Shown in pieces: positions 40,028 to 49,385 of a DNA stretch of 64,000 nt. Location of the stretch: assembly GCA_049642065.1 (NCBI GenBank), contig JBAROK010000036.1:752-64751 (forward strand), read 5' to 3'. This stretch comes from Candidatus Omnitrophota bacterium (GTDB lineage: Bacteria; Omnitrophota; Gorgyraeia; Tantalellales; Tantalellaceae). The translations under genes and the position numbers were made by a program. Each line of letters begins with the position of its first letter. Position 1 is the first letter of the stretch. The notes beneath the pieces were generated by a model, which was not told where the DNA came from, did not search any database, and was given only the letters and a program-made list of their open reading frames with translations.

Positions 40028-40570
40028 CTAATCGTTAAAATATCTTTTTGTTACTTCGCTCCAGGAACCTTGGGCTTTCAGGATAAAATCGCAAACTTCC
40101 CTGACTGCTCCACGCCCCCCGCGTTTCTCTGTTATAAAATGAACAAAATGTTTCACGTCATCCATCGCATTAGTCGGGCATACGGCCAGGCCCACCCTTC
40201 TAAGTATCGGTATATCGATCAGATCGTCTCCAACAAAACATATCTCTTCATCGGATACCTTGAATTTTTTCCGTATTTTGTGGAGAGCTTCTATCTTGTA
40301 ATGGAAATCCTGATAAACCTTGTCGACCTTAAGCTCTTTCGCCCGTTTTTCAACGACCTTGGACGCTTTTGCCGTCACTATAATGCATTTTATCCCCGAA
40401 CGCATTACCATGAACATCCCGAATCCGTCGTTAACGTCAAAATTCTTTATCTCATCACCGTAATTGCCATAGACCAACCTGCCGTCGGTAAGAACACCGT
40501 CTATATCCAGCGCCAACAGCTTTATTTTTTTAGCTTTTTCTATAAGTTCAGGTGAATATTTTTCGTTCAT
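40028..40570 (-). CDS. kdsC: 3-deoxy-D-manno-octulosonate 8-phosphate phosphatase (HAD)
   Basis: LALDIDGVLTDG motif. Start taken at MNEKYS. Confidence 0.85.
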   Translation of the reverse strand: MNEKYSPELIEKAKKIKLLALDIDGVLTDGRLVYGNYGDEIKNFDVNDGFGMFMVMRSGIKCIIVTAKASKVVEKRAKELKVDKVYQDFHYKIEALHKIRKKFKVSDEEICFVGDDLIDIPILRRVGLAVCPTNAMDDVKHFVHFITEKRGGRGAVREVCDFILKAQGSWSEVTKRYFND

Positions 40571-40583
40571 GTGAATACCTTTC

Positions 40584-41549
40584 TTAAACAAGTCCAGCTT
40601 TGAGGATATCCTGTACATCCAGTATCCCCACGGGACGTCCTTTTTTGTCAACAACAGGTATTTCGTCTATCTTTTTGTCGCGCAGGATCTCAAAGGCTTC
40701 TGCCGCCAACCGGTCCGGGGTTATCGTTATAGGCCCTTTTGTCATAACGTCGCCAACAGGACAGCTCACAAGATCCTTGCCTTCATCGAAATGTCTTCTC
40801 AAGTCACCGTCAGTGAATATCCCGATCAATTTACCTTTTGCGTCTGTTACGCTCGCGCTACCGGCTCTCATCTTTGTGATCTTAAGAAGCACATCTTTGA
40901 CTTTTTCGCTTTTCTTCACTATCGGCGTTTCATTCTTTGGTCTCATAATGTCGCCAACGTTCAGGAGCAACCGTTTGCCGAGCGATCCGCCCGGATGGTA
41001 CAGAGCGAAATCTTTCGGCTGGAAGTTCTTCCTTTCAAGAAGCGCTATAGCCAGCGCGTCACCAAGCGCAAGCATAACCGTAGTGGAAGTAGTCGGAGCC
41101 AGCCCCATCGGACAGGCCTCTTTTTTAACGGAACTATCCAACACATAATCGCTGTTAACAGCGAGCGTAGATTTATTGTTTCCCGTAACGGCGATCAATT
41201 TCGCACCGATCTTTTTTATGATCGGTATAAGTTTTACGACCTCTTCTGTTTCACCGCTATTAGAGAACGCTATCAGGATATCTTCTTGCGTTACCCGGCC
41301 AAGATCACCATGAAGCGCTTCCGCCGGATGCAGGTATAATGACGGAGTACCGGTCGATGACATGGTAGCTGAGATTTTTTGGGCTATGAACCCGGGTTTC
41401 CCCATGCCCGTGATTATAATTCGCCCTTTATTCTTAGCCAAGAGCTTAATAACTCTTTCAAAACTTCCGTCTATCTTATCGGCAAGTTTAGCTATAGCTT
41501 TACTTTCGTTCATTAATACTTTTTTAGCGCTGGAGATACTCATGATCAC
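40584..41549 (-). CDS. kdsD: Arabinose-5-phosphate isomerase (SIS plus tandem CBS)
   Basis: KpsF/GutQ family architecture. Confidence 0.9.
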   Translation of the reverse strand: MIMSISSAKKVLMNESKAIAKLADKIDGSFERVIKLLAKNKGRIIITGMGKPGFIAQKISATMSSTGTPSLYLHPAEALHGDLGRVTQEDILIAFSNSGETEEVVKLIPIIKKIGAKLIAVTGNNKSTLAVNSDYVLDSSVKKEACPMGLAPTTSTTVMLALGDALAIALLERKNFQPKDFALYHPGGSLGKRLLLNVGDIMRPKNETPIVKKSEKVKDVLLKITKMRAGSASVTDAKGKLIGIFTDGDLRRHFDEGKDLVSCPVGDVMTKGPITITPDRLAAEAFEILRDKKIDEIPVVDKKGRPVGILDVQDILKAGLV

Positions 41550-42391
41550 CTTACCGCCTTTTCTATCTTTTTTATCTGCTCCAAATATTCCGCAAGATCA
41601 CTTAGTTTCAACATGTTCGGCCCATCGCTCATGGCTTTATCCGGATTCTCATGCACCTCAACAAAAAGCACATCACAGCCAACAGCCACCGCGGCTTTCG
41701 AAAGAGGAAGCACGTATTTGGATTCCCCTCCGCTGGAAGATCCTTTTCCTCCGGGCATTTGTACTGAATGGGTAGCGTCATACACGACAGGATACCCCGT
41801 TTCGCCCATTTGGATGATTCCCCGGAAATCATTGATAAGCATGTTATAACCGAAAGTGCTGCCTCTTTCGGTAAGCAATATATTCTCATTGCCTGTCGAC
41901 TCTATCTTGGTTATTACATTATCCATTTCGCGAGGTGACATGAACTGTCCCTTTTTCACGTTAACGGGCTTACCCGTACCCGCAGCTTCAAGCAAAAGAT
42001 CGGTCTGCCTGCACAAAAAAGCCGGTATTTGCAGCACATCAATTACCGCTGCAGCTAAGGCCACTTCGGTCACGTCGTGCACATCGCTCAAGACAGGTAC
42101 TCCGACTTCGTCACGAACCTCTTTCAGTATCTTAAGCCCTTCCTCCAGGCCGGGCCCTCTGTAAGAATCCATAGAGCTCCTGTTGGCTTTATCATAACTT
42201 GATTTGAATATGAACGGCACCCCTGCTTTTTCGGTGATCTCTTTCAATCTCTTTGCGTGAGTTAACGCGCTTTCTCTTGATTCTATGACACACGGCCCCG
42301 CGATCAAGGCGATCGGATTACCTTTGCCTATAGTTATATCAGCTATTCGCACGTTCTTTGTTTTCATATCGCATCCCACCTTCGATGTCAT
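41546..42391 (-). CDS. kdsA: 2-dehydro-3-deoxyphosphooctonate aldolase (Kdo8P synthase)
   Basis: AGPCVIES motif; ATGA overlap with the kdsB stop. Confidence 0.9.
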   Translation of the reverse strand: MTSKVGCDMKTKNVRIADITIGKGNPIALIAGPCVIESRESALTHAKRLKEITEKAGVPFIFKSSYDKANRSSMDSYRGPGLEEGLKILKEVRDEVGVPVLSDVHDVTEVALAAAVIDVLQIPAFLCRQTDLLLEAAGTGKPVNVKKGQFMSPREMDNVITKIESTGNENILLTERGSTFGYNMLINDFRGIIQMGETGYPVVYDATHSVQMPGGKGSSSGGESKYVLPLSKAAVAVGCDVLFVEVHENPDKAMSDGPNMLKLSDLAEYLEQIKKIEKAVR

Positions 42392-43149
42392 TCGGCTATT
42401 CCCTGTTTAAGTATCCCTCTGACCATATCAAGGTCTTCCTGAGTATCTACACCAACCGTATCATACCGCGTCTCTACCGTCATTATCTTATACCCATGCT
42501 CAAGCACCCGCAGCTGTTCCAGTTTTTCATCCATCTCCAGTGTAGATTTGGGAAGGTTCGTGTACGTGAACAAAAAGTCCTTGGTATACGAATAGAGTCC
42601 TATATGCTTGAAATAACTACCGCTAACATCTTGAAGATCCATAATACTTTCGGATCCTTCACGGATATACGGTATCGGGCTTCTTGAAAAATACAGGGCA
42701 AACCCTTTCCTGTCGACAACCACCTTGACCACGTTAGGATTAGCTATCTCCTCCTTGGAATGTATCCTCTTTATCAAGGTCGCCATCTGAACGTTCCGCT
42801 CATATTCAAAGACCTGCGCAAGGGCATCCACCATCAAAGGATGTATAAGCGGCTCGTCTGCCTGGACATTGATGTACACGTCCGCATCGACTGTACTCGC
42901 TACTTCCGCGAGCCTGTCAGTACCCGAAGGCTGTTCCGGAGAAGTGAATACTGCTTTAGCTCCGAAAGACTCTACCACCTTCAACACCTTTTCCTTATCA
43001 ACGGCAATGACGACTTCATCGACTTCGTGCGCCTTGCTCACTCTCTCCCAGACATGCTGGATCATCGGTTTTCCGTTTATATCTGCCAGGATCTTTCCTT
43101 TGAGCCTGGTCGAATCCCATCTTGCAGGTATGACAGCCGCAACTTTCAT
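42388..43149 (-). CDS. kdsB: 3-deoxy-manno-octulosonate cytidylyltransferase
   Basis: AVIPARWDSTRLKGK motif. Confidence 0.9.
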   Translation of the reverse strand: MKVAAVIPARWDSTRLKGKILADINGKPMIQHVWERVSKAHEVDEVVIAVDKEKVLKVVESFGAKAVFTSPEQPSGTDRLAEVASTVDADVYINVQADEPLIHPLMVDALAQVFEYERNVQMATLIKRIHSKEEIANPNVVKVVVDRKGFALYFSRSPIPYIREGSESIMDLQDVSGSYFKHIGLYSYTKDFLFTYTNLPKSTLEMDEKLEQLRVLEHGYKIMTVETRYDTVGVDTQEDLDMVRGILKQGIAE

Positions 43150-44186
43150 TACCTTACACCCCCCTCGAATTCTTTTAATTCATCTAATAACTCATCTTCA
43201 CTGACAGCATACGCTCCAGTTTTAGATACCACTATCTTTGCCGCACAATTAGCAAGCCTGGCTGCATTAACAGGATCTGCACCGCTCACGCATGACAAGG
43301 TATACACGCCTATAACCGTATCGCCAGCACCAGAAACATCGAAAACGGCTTGTGCCAAAGTGCCTATATGTTCCGGGGAGTTGCCCTTCTGAAAAAGCAT
43401 CATACCCTCTTCTCCAAGAGTTATCAGTACAGCTTCCGCATTGGTCATATCAAGGAGTTTCTCTCCGGCTTTTTCAATTTTACCAAAATCATCAAGAACG
43501 AACCCGGCACCTTTACCTGCCTCGGACCGGTTCGGGGTTATAACGCTGACATTCTCATACATATCAAAATGGTTTTCCTTCGGATCCACCGATATCATCA
43601 CTGCGTTATCTCTGGCAGTCTTTATAATCTCCGCAAGCAATGATTTTGTTATAAGCCCCTTGCCATAATCTTCGATAATAAGAGCATCCATTCCCCCTAT
43701 ATTCTTTTTAATGTATTCTTTTATTTTTGCCTGGAAATCTTCGGATATTTCATGTATGTCTTCCCTATCGACACGGACTATTTGCTGAAAATGCGGATGG
43801 TGATGAGCCATTACCCGCGTTTTCATTATCGTCTGCCTATTCTCGTCCTCAAAAATCCCTTCAATATGTATACCTTCGCCTACTAGCAGGCCTTTCAATT
43901 TCTCCGTCCTCTTCAGTTCCCCATTTTCTTTATCTTTTCCGACAATGCCAACAAGATATACTTCCGCGCCGAGCTTGACAAGATTATTGGCTACATTACA
44001 ACCTCCGCCAGGCATATATTTGTCTTGCTCATCTACAAGTAATACAGGGATCGGGGCTTCCGGTGATATTCTTGAAACCTTACCATACACATATCTGTCA
44101 AGAAGCAGGTCCCCTATCACCATGACCTTTTTATTCTTAAAATTCTTTACGGTATTCGCTAACGTTGAATAATTATATCCCTTCAC
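43149..44186 (-). CDS. hldE: D-glycero-beta-D-manno-heptose-7-phosphate kinase (RfaE/HldE domain I only)
   Basis: PfkB fold, VMVIGDLLLDRYVYGKVSRISPEAPIPV motif; 345 aa with no adenylyltransferase domain. Confidence 0.8.
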   Translation of the reverse strand: MKGYNYSTLANTVKNFKNKKVMVIGDLLLDRYVYGKVSRISPEAPIPVLLVDEQDKYMPGGGCNVANNLVKLGAEVYLVGIVGKDKENGELKRTEKLKGLLVGEGIHIEGIFEDENRQTIMKTRVMAHHHPHFQQIVRVDREDIHEISEDFQAKIKEYIKKNIGGMDALIIEDYGKGLITKSLLAEIIKTARDNAVMISVDPKENHFDMYENVSVITPNRSEAGKGAGFVLDDFGKIEKAGEKLLDMTNAEAVLITLGEEGMMLFQKGNSPEHIGTLAQAVFDVSGAGDTVIGVYTLSCVSGADPVNAARLANCAAKIVVSKTGAYAVSEDELLDELKEFEGGVR

Positions 44187-44228
44187 CGATCTTACCTCCT
44201 GAATAACTTTTTATATCCGGAATTTGAA

Positions 44229-44546
44229 TTAGAGATGAGAATCCAATTTAGAAATAATATCACCCTTCGGTATTACTCCTACGACCTTTTCCGCTATTTC
44301 TCCGCCCTTGAAAATTATAAGAGTGGGGATGTTCATAATGCCGTACTCTGAAGCCGTCTTTTGCCCTTCTTCTACGTTCAGCTTGCATACCTTTACTCTG
44401 CCTTCATATTCTTTAGCGATCTCTTCCAGAGTCGGAGCGATCATACGACAAGGACCGCACCATTCTGCCCAAAAATCCACTAATACAGGTATATCAGAAT
44501 CCAGAACTTCTTCTTTAAAATTAGTATCATTTACATTGATCCCCAT
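44229..44546 (-). CDS. trxA: Thioredoxin
   Basis: WAEWCGPC active site; GGAGGAT RBS. Confidence 0.95.
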   Translation of the reverse strand: MGINVNDTNFKEEVLDSDIPVLVDFWAEWCGPCRMIAPTLEEIAKEYEGRVKVCKLNVEEGQKTASEYGIMNIPTLIIFKGGEIAEKVVGVIPKGDIISKLDSHL

Positions 44547-44601
44547 AACTTATCCTCCACATCTTATCTTTAATATTAATTTAGCAGCTTATTATTATAA
44601 T

Positions 44602-44630
44602 ACCTTTATCATTAAGGGGCAAGGATTATG
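44602..44630 (-). promoter_or_regulatory. Candidate trxA promoter TTGCCC-N17-TATAAT
   Basis: Minus strand reads TTGCCCcttaatgataaaggtatTATAAT, within the 147-bp gap. Confidence 0.4.
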
Positions 44631-44693
44631 CTAAAACTTACTTTTTCTAATTTTACTATCTGTTTTGGGGAGTTTAGATCTATAGGAATTGCT

Positions 44694-45728
44694 CTACCCA
44701 AGTATCTTGGATGCTGCTTCAAAGGTCTCATCTACGGTAATGGCTTTAAGACAGGCAAAATTTTTATCACAGTTATGTGCCAAGCATATCTCGCACCCTA
44801 CATCTTTGTGGAGTACGGTATCCCTATCTCCCAGCGGCCCCCACCTGCGCGGCGAAAGACCGGGAGATTTCCGGCCGAATATGGCAACCACCGGAGTATC
44901 TACTGCTACAGACACGTGAACCGGTCCCGAATCGTTGGAAATAAAAAGCTTGCACCTTGAAAGCAGTTCCGCAAGCTCGCTTATGATCAGAATACCCGTC
45001 ATATCCGTAACTTTGTTGTTCATTCTTGAAACTACTTTTTTGCTGAACTGGACGGTTTCATCTCCCCCTGCCAGAACGATATCCGCGCCGTATTTATCTG
45101 CTACCCTGTCGGCAAGTTCACTGAACCTTTCAACCGGCCATCTTTTGGAAGGACAACTGGCACCAACATGAAAAGCGATAACATTTTTTCCCAATCCTCT
45201 GTCTTGCCATACTGAATCGATCATGCGTTTGTCGTTCTCGGATGTAACTATATAAGGTCTTCTGTCTGCGTTCTCCACGCTGAAACCCGCCTTTTTCAGT
45301 AGTTCCAGATTAAGGTCCGATTCGTGCTTTTCTCCTTTTTGCTTGTCGTGATGGATCCTTTCGGTCAGAAGATACCCCATTTTCCTGTCGTATCCAATCC
45401 TGGTCGGGATGCCTGCCAGAAAAAGTATCAAGTGCGTCCTGTTCGTCGGATGAAGCGCTATACCCGTATCAAAACTTTTCTTCCTGATAGATGCAGCGAA
45501 CCTGATCGTACTCAACAAACTTTTATTAAACCCATATTTATCATAAACGATAACTTCATTGAGGTGAGGATTATTGGCTACAACACCCCTGTTCTCCGGC
45601 CTTACCATCATGGCTATATAAGCGTCCGGATATAACTCGCGCAGACGGCGTATCGCCGGTGTGGATAATACCACGTCACCAAGCCGGTCGGTTCTAGTCA
45701 CAAGTATGCGTTTGGGAATTGTATTCAT
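44694..45728 (-). CDS. Glycosyltransferase family 9 (ADP-heptose:LPS heptosyltransferase)
   Basis: N-terminal RILVTRTDRLGDVVLSTP GT9 signature. Confidence 0.8.
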   Translation of the reverse strand: MNTIPKRILVTRTDRLGDVVLSTPAIRRLRELYPDAYIAMMVRPENRGVVANNPHLNEVIVYDKYGFNKSLLSTIRFAASIRKKSFDTGIALHPTNRTHLILFLAGIPTRIGYDRKMGYLLTERIHHDKQKGEKHESDLNLELLKKAGFSVENADRRPYIVTSENDKRMIDSVWQDRGLGKNVIAFHVGASCPSKRWPVERFSELADRVADKYGADIVLAGGDETVQFSKKVVSRMNNKVTDMTGILIISELAELLSRCKLFISNDSGPVHVSVAVDTPVVAIFGRKSPGLSPRRWGPLGDRDTVLHKDVGCEICLAHNCDKNFACLKAITVDETFEAASKILG

Positions 45729-45737
45729 AAATGGCGG

Positions 45738-46247
45738 TTATGCATTCTTAAGTTCTTCGTATACTGCCTGGTATACTTTGTAGTCCTTTTCACCGAAACA
45801 AATGTACCGTATCTCGTCAAAATCATCCAGATGCCTTAACCCTTCTTCTATAGCTATCCACGTAGCTTTTTCGATCGGGTATCCGTAAATACCCGTGCTT
45901 ATCGCAGGAAAAGCTATTGTCTTAAGACCGTTCTTTTTCGCCAACCGGAAACTGTTCTCATAACATCCCGCCAAAAGAACCGCTTCATTCCGATCGCCTC
46001 CGTGCCAGACAGGACCCGGCGTATGAATGATCTTTTTCGTTTTCAACTTACCGGCATTGGTTATGACCGCTTCGCCCGTCTTACAGCCTCCTATACCTTG
46101 ACACTCTTCCAGTACCGTAGGACCCGCTGCCCTGTGAATAGCACCGTCCACACCGCCGCCACCAGCAAGCTGCGTGTTAGCTGCGTTGACTATAACGTCC
46201 ACATCTTCCTGCGTAATATCACCCTGTTTTATCAGGATCTTTCCCAT
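45738..46247 (-). CDS. Macro domain protein (O-acetyl-ADP-ribose deacetylase-like)
   Basis: GDITQEDVDVIVNAAN...GGGGVDGAIHRAAG macro signature. Confidence 0.85.
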   Translation of the reverse strand: MGKILIKQGDITQEDVDVIVNAANTQLAGGGGVDGAIHRAAGPTVLEECQGIGGCKTGEAVITNAGKLKTKKIIHTPGPVWHGGDRNEAVLLAGCYENSFRLAKKNGLKTIAFPAISTGIYGYPIEKATWIAIEEGLRHLDDFDEIRYICFGEKDYKVYQAVYEELKNA

Positions 46248-46264
46248 GGCTCTCCTCCTTGGGG

Positions 46265-47236
46265 TCACGATAACACTTGTTTAGCTGTATCAAGCACTTC
46301 TTCAACGGTTATATTGGAGATGCATCCTTCAACAGGGCCTTTTTTACAAAGAGCCTTACCGCACGGACGGCACGGCACACCCGGCTTTATTACCCGGCTC
46401 TTATCCGACAACGGCCCGTACCGTTTTTCATCAGAAGGACCGAATATAGCGATAGTCGTGGTATTAACAGCGCTTGCTACATGTAAAGGAGCACTGTCAT
46501 TTGTAATCACTAGATCCGATCTTCTTATAAGCTCCGCAAGAGCCCCGATGGAAGTTTGTTCACACAGATCCTTTACCGGTGTAGTAACGTGAGACACCAC
46601 TTGCGAAACGGCCTCGACATCGTCCTCATTTCCGGTCACTAGTACACGGCATTTAAGTTCGGAAACAATCTTATCCGCAAGTTGAGCGTATTTTGCGGCG
46701 TCCCATCTTTTTAAGTGACTCTTCGCGCCGGGATTCAAAACTACTACTCTCTTCCAGTCAGAACCTATCAAGCTATCGACATATTCTCGTTCTTCGGCAC
46801 TTACTGGCATGAAAAAACTGTTGTTATAGAAGGGATCTATCCCGAGAGCGGCCAGTTTTAGAAGATGTTCGTCCCTTTTGTGCTTAATTCCGCCTCTTGA
46901 AGAAACAGATAACGCTGAACGGTACTTTGCCCCGGAAAAATAAGGCAGTAGCGAATTTTTAAGGTCCACGACCAGGTCGTACCTGTTCCTCCTTAAACCA
47001 ACCAGTTGTTTGAGCCTTTCACCAAAATTCCGGTTCTTCTGCTGAACTATCACTTCTCTTACAGACGGATGACGTTCAAATATCTCCTTCCCCGGCGCAC
47101 CCGTAATAACGTCTATTTTCGCTGCCGGGAATTCGTCACGCAACCTCTGAAGCACCGGAGTCGTTAAAATGATATCCCCCAGATTACTCAAGGTTATAAA
47201 CAAAATGGATTTTATTTTTTCTTTACTGATCTTCAT
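46265..47236 (-). CDS. Glycosyltransferase family 9 (heptosyltransferase)
   Basis: ILFITLSNLGDIILTTP GT9 signature. Confidence 0.8.
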   Translation of the reverse strand: MKISKEKIKSILFITLSNLGDIILTTPVLQRLRDEFPAAKIDVITGAPGKEIFERHPSVREVIVQQKNRNFGERLKQLVGLRRNRYDLVVDLKNSLLPYFSGAKYRSALSVSSRGGIKHKRDEHLLKLAALGIDPFYNNSFFMPVSAEEREYVDSLIGSDWKRVVVLNPGAKSHLKRWDAAKYAQLADKIVSELKCRVLVTGNEDDVEAVSQVVSHVTTPVKDLCEQTSIGALAELIRRSDLVITNDSAPLHVASAVNTTTIAIFGPSDEKRYGPLSDKSRVIKPGVPCRPCGKALCKKGPVEGCISNITVEEVLDTAKQVLS

Positions 47237-48267
47237 TTTTCTAATAATACGTCAACTGCGGCATCATAGACTTCCTCCGCATTTATTGATATTATGCAAT
47301 AATGATCTCTGTCACAATTTTTTACATAACACGGTATCTTACATTCCACATTTTTTGCTAAAACTATGTTCTTAGCCCTACCCCTTGGACCGGTGATTTC
47401 GGAAGATGTCGGCCCGAAAATACCGATAGTAGTCGTACCAACCGCCGAAGCCAGGTGCAAAGGCCCCGAATCCGCGCTAATAGCAAGATCGCATCTTTTG
47501 AAAAATACTGCCAGTTCGTTCAACCCTGTTTTGCCGGCTACACTATAACACCTTTCAGATCCGACCCTTTCGACAATCTCCTTGGCAAGATCAATATCTT
47601 TTTTAGCACCCGTTATCATTACTTCCAGATCATCAAAACGATCAAGCAGCATCTTGCCAAGCTGAATATAATTATCCCGAGGCCATCTTTTAGCAGCCCA
47701 ATTCCCACCCGGGTTCAAAGCGATCATACGCCTCAACCCGCCACCAACCTCATGCAGGACCGCTTCCGCCCGTTCGGTATCCTCGTCACTGACAAAATAT
47801 TCATACGTCCCATCCGCATTCGTTACACCAACCGCTCCCGCTAGCGCAAGGATCTGATCCGCCCTGTGAATATGTCCCATCGGCATTTCCACTAAATTTG
47901 TAAGAGAGGCATCTTTACCGGTAAACCCTATACGTTCCCTTATCCCCGCCAATGCCGCCATTACAGCTTTCGTCCTGGATGACTTTAGGAGAAAACACAT
48001 ATCATACCGCTCTTTTCTTATCATCCCGATGAACGCCAGCTTCTCTCCTAAACTGGAAAGACTGTTGGTATCCGAAAGTGCGTGAACGTCATTTATCCAC
48101 GGATTGTTAACTAAAAGATCCACGTACCTGGGCACTACCGTACAGGCGATATACGCTTCAGGATAAGCCTTCCTTAAAGCCCTCAAAAGCGGGAACGAAA
48201 ATAATATATCACCCAACCAGTTAAGTTCGAATACCAGTATCCTTTTAGGTTCTTTTATGGAATTCAA
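47233..48267 (-). CDS. Glycosyltransferase family 9 (heptosyltransferase)
   Basis: RILVFELNWLGDILFSFP GT9 signature. Confidence 0.8.
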   Translation of the reverse strand: MNSIKEPKRILVFELNWLGDILFSFPLLRALRKAYPEAYIACTVVPRYVDLLVNNPWINDVHALSDTNSLSSLGEKLAFIGMIRKERYDMCFLLKSSRTKAVMAALAGIRERIGFTGKDASLTNLVEMPMGHIHRADQILALAGAVGVTNADGTYEYFVSDEDTERAEAVLHEVGGGLRRMIALNPGGNWAAKRWPRDNYIQLGKMLLDRFDDLEVMITGAKKDIDLAKEIVERVGSERCYSVAGKTGLNELAVFFKRCDLAISADSGPLHLASAVGTTTIGIFGPTSSEITGPRGRAKNIVLAKNVECKIPCYVKNCDRDHYCIISINAEEVYDAAVDVLLEK

Positions 48268-49385
48268 CGCTTATCCCTTACGTCTACTATTTCTTTATAT
48301 ACTTCTACGGTTTTTTTGACGCTGTCTTTTATCGAAAAGCTACTGAGCGCCTTCTTGCGAGCTTTATCAGACAACTGTTGCCTCAAACTACCGTCTGAGA
48401 ACAGTTTGTGGATAGCATCACCAAGAGCGGATACGTCTCTACTCGGCACTAACAGTCCGTCTTCGGTATGAATTATTAGTTCAGCCAAACCTCCCACATT
48501 ACTTGCTATGCACGGCCGCCCCGCGGCCATAGCTTCCATCAGAGAAAACCCCAGTCCTTCAGACGTCGAAGCCAGACAGAAAATATCCATAATAGAAAAA
48601 TACTCTTCGAGCGGGACGTCATTACCCGGTGCGAAGAACACTTTATCGGTAATTTCTGCTTTACGGACCTTTTCTTTCAACATCTCTTCATCGGGCCCCT
48701 CGCCTACGATAAGAAGCTGCATACCCGGTTGTTTACGGATAGCTTCCTTAAAAGCATCTATTAGATACGCATGGCCCTTGACGGGAGATAATCTGCCTAC
48801 CGTTCCTACGGTGAACGCGTCTTCCCCTAACCCTATGTTTTCTTTAAGAACGTTCTTTTCCATAGATGCACCAGGCACTTGATACCTATCCAGCTCTATA
48901 CCGTTATAGATCATTTTTACACGTTCCTTTGGAACGTGTAAATCTTCTATAAGATGCGCGCTAACACTTTTACTTATAGCTATTACCTTGTCTCCCCAGC
49001 ATGGGAACAGTCTGCGGCTAATCCTCTGGCTTTTAAAAAAACCATGGCACGTAGAAATGAACGGTACCCCCATAGACCTTTTTACCAGGGAGGCTAACAC
49101 CTGGGCTACACGCGTTTGGGCATGTATGATATCATAATTGCCGTCGCCAACAAGCCGTTTTAATTTCGGTAAAGCCTTCCATACCTTTATCCCAAATTCC
49201 GATTTAGTCCGTATATCCAGTACAACATGCGGGATGTCTTCTTTTTCCAGGTTCGCCGTAAGATTACCTCCGCTTGAAGCAACAGTAACCTCTATTCCCG
49301 CGCCCTTTAGATAACGAGCAAGGTTAACGGTATAAGTGCTTATACCGCCTGTATTTAGGTGTGTGGTTAATAGCAAAATTTTCAT
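48264..49385 (-). CDS. Glycosyltransferase family 4 (RfaG-like)
   Basis: GT4 N-terminal domain plus C-terminal EGLGFSLMEAMAAGRPCIAS GT-B motif. Confidence 0.8.
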   Translation of the reverse strand: MKILLLTTHLNTGGISTYTVNLARYLKGAGIEVTVASSGGNLTANLEKEDIPHVVLDIRTKSEFGIKVWKALPKLKRLVGDGNYDIIHAQTRVAQVLASLVKRSMGVPFISTCHGFFKSQRISRRLFPCWGDKVIAISKSVSAHLIEDLHVPKERVKMIYNGIELDRYQVPGASMEKNVLKENIGLGEDAFTVGTVGRLSPVKGHAYLIDAFKEAIRKQPGMQLLIVGEGPDEEMLKEKVRKAEITDKVFFAPGNDVPLEEYFSIMDIFCLASTSEGLGFSLMEAMAAGRPCIASNVGGLAELIIHTEDGLLVPSRDVSALGDAIHKLFSDGSLRQQLSDKARKKALSSFSIKDSVKKTVEVYKEIVDVRDKR

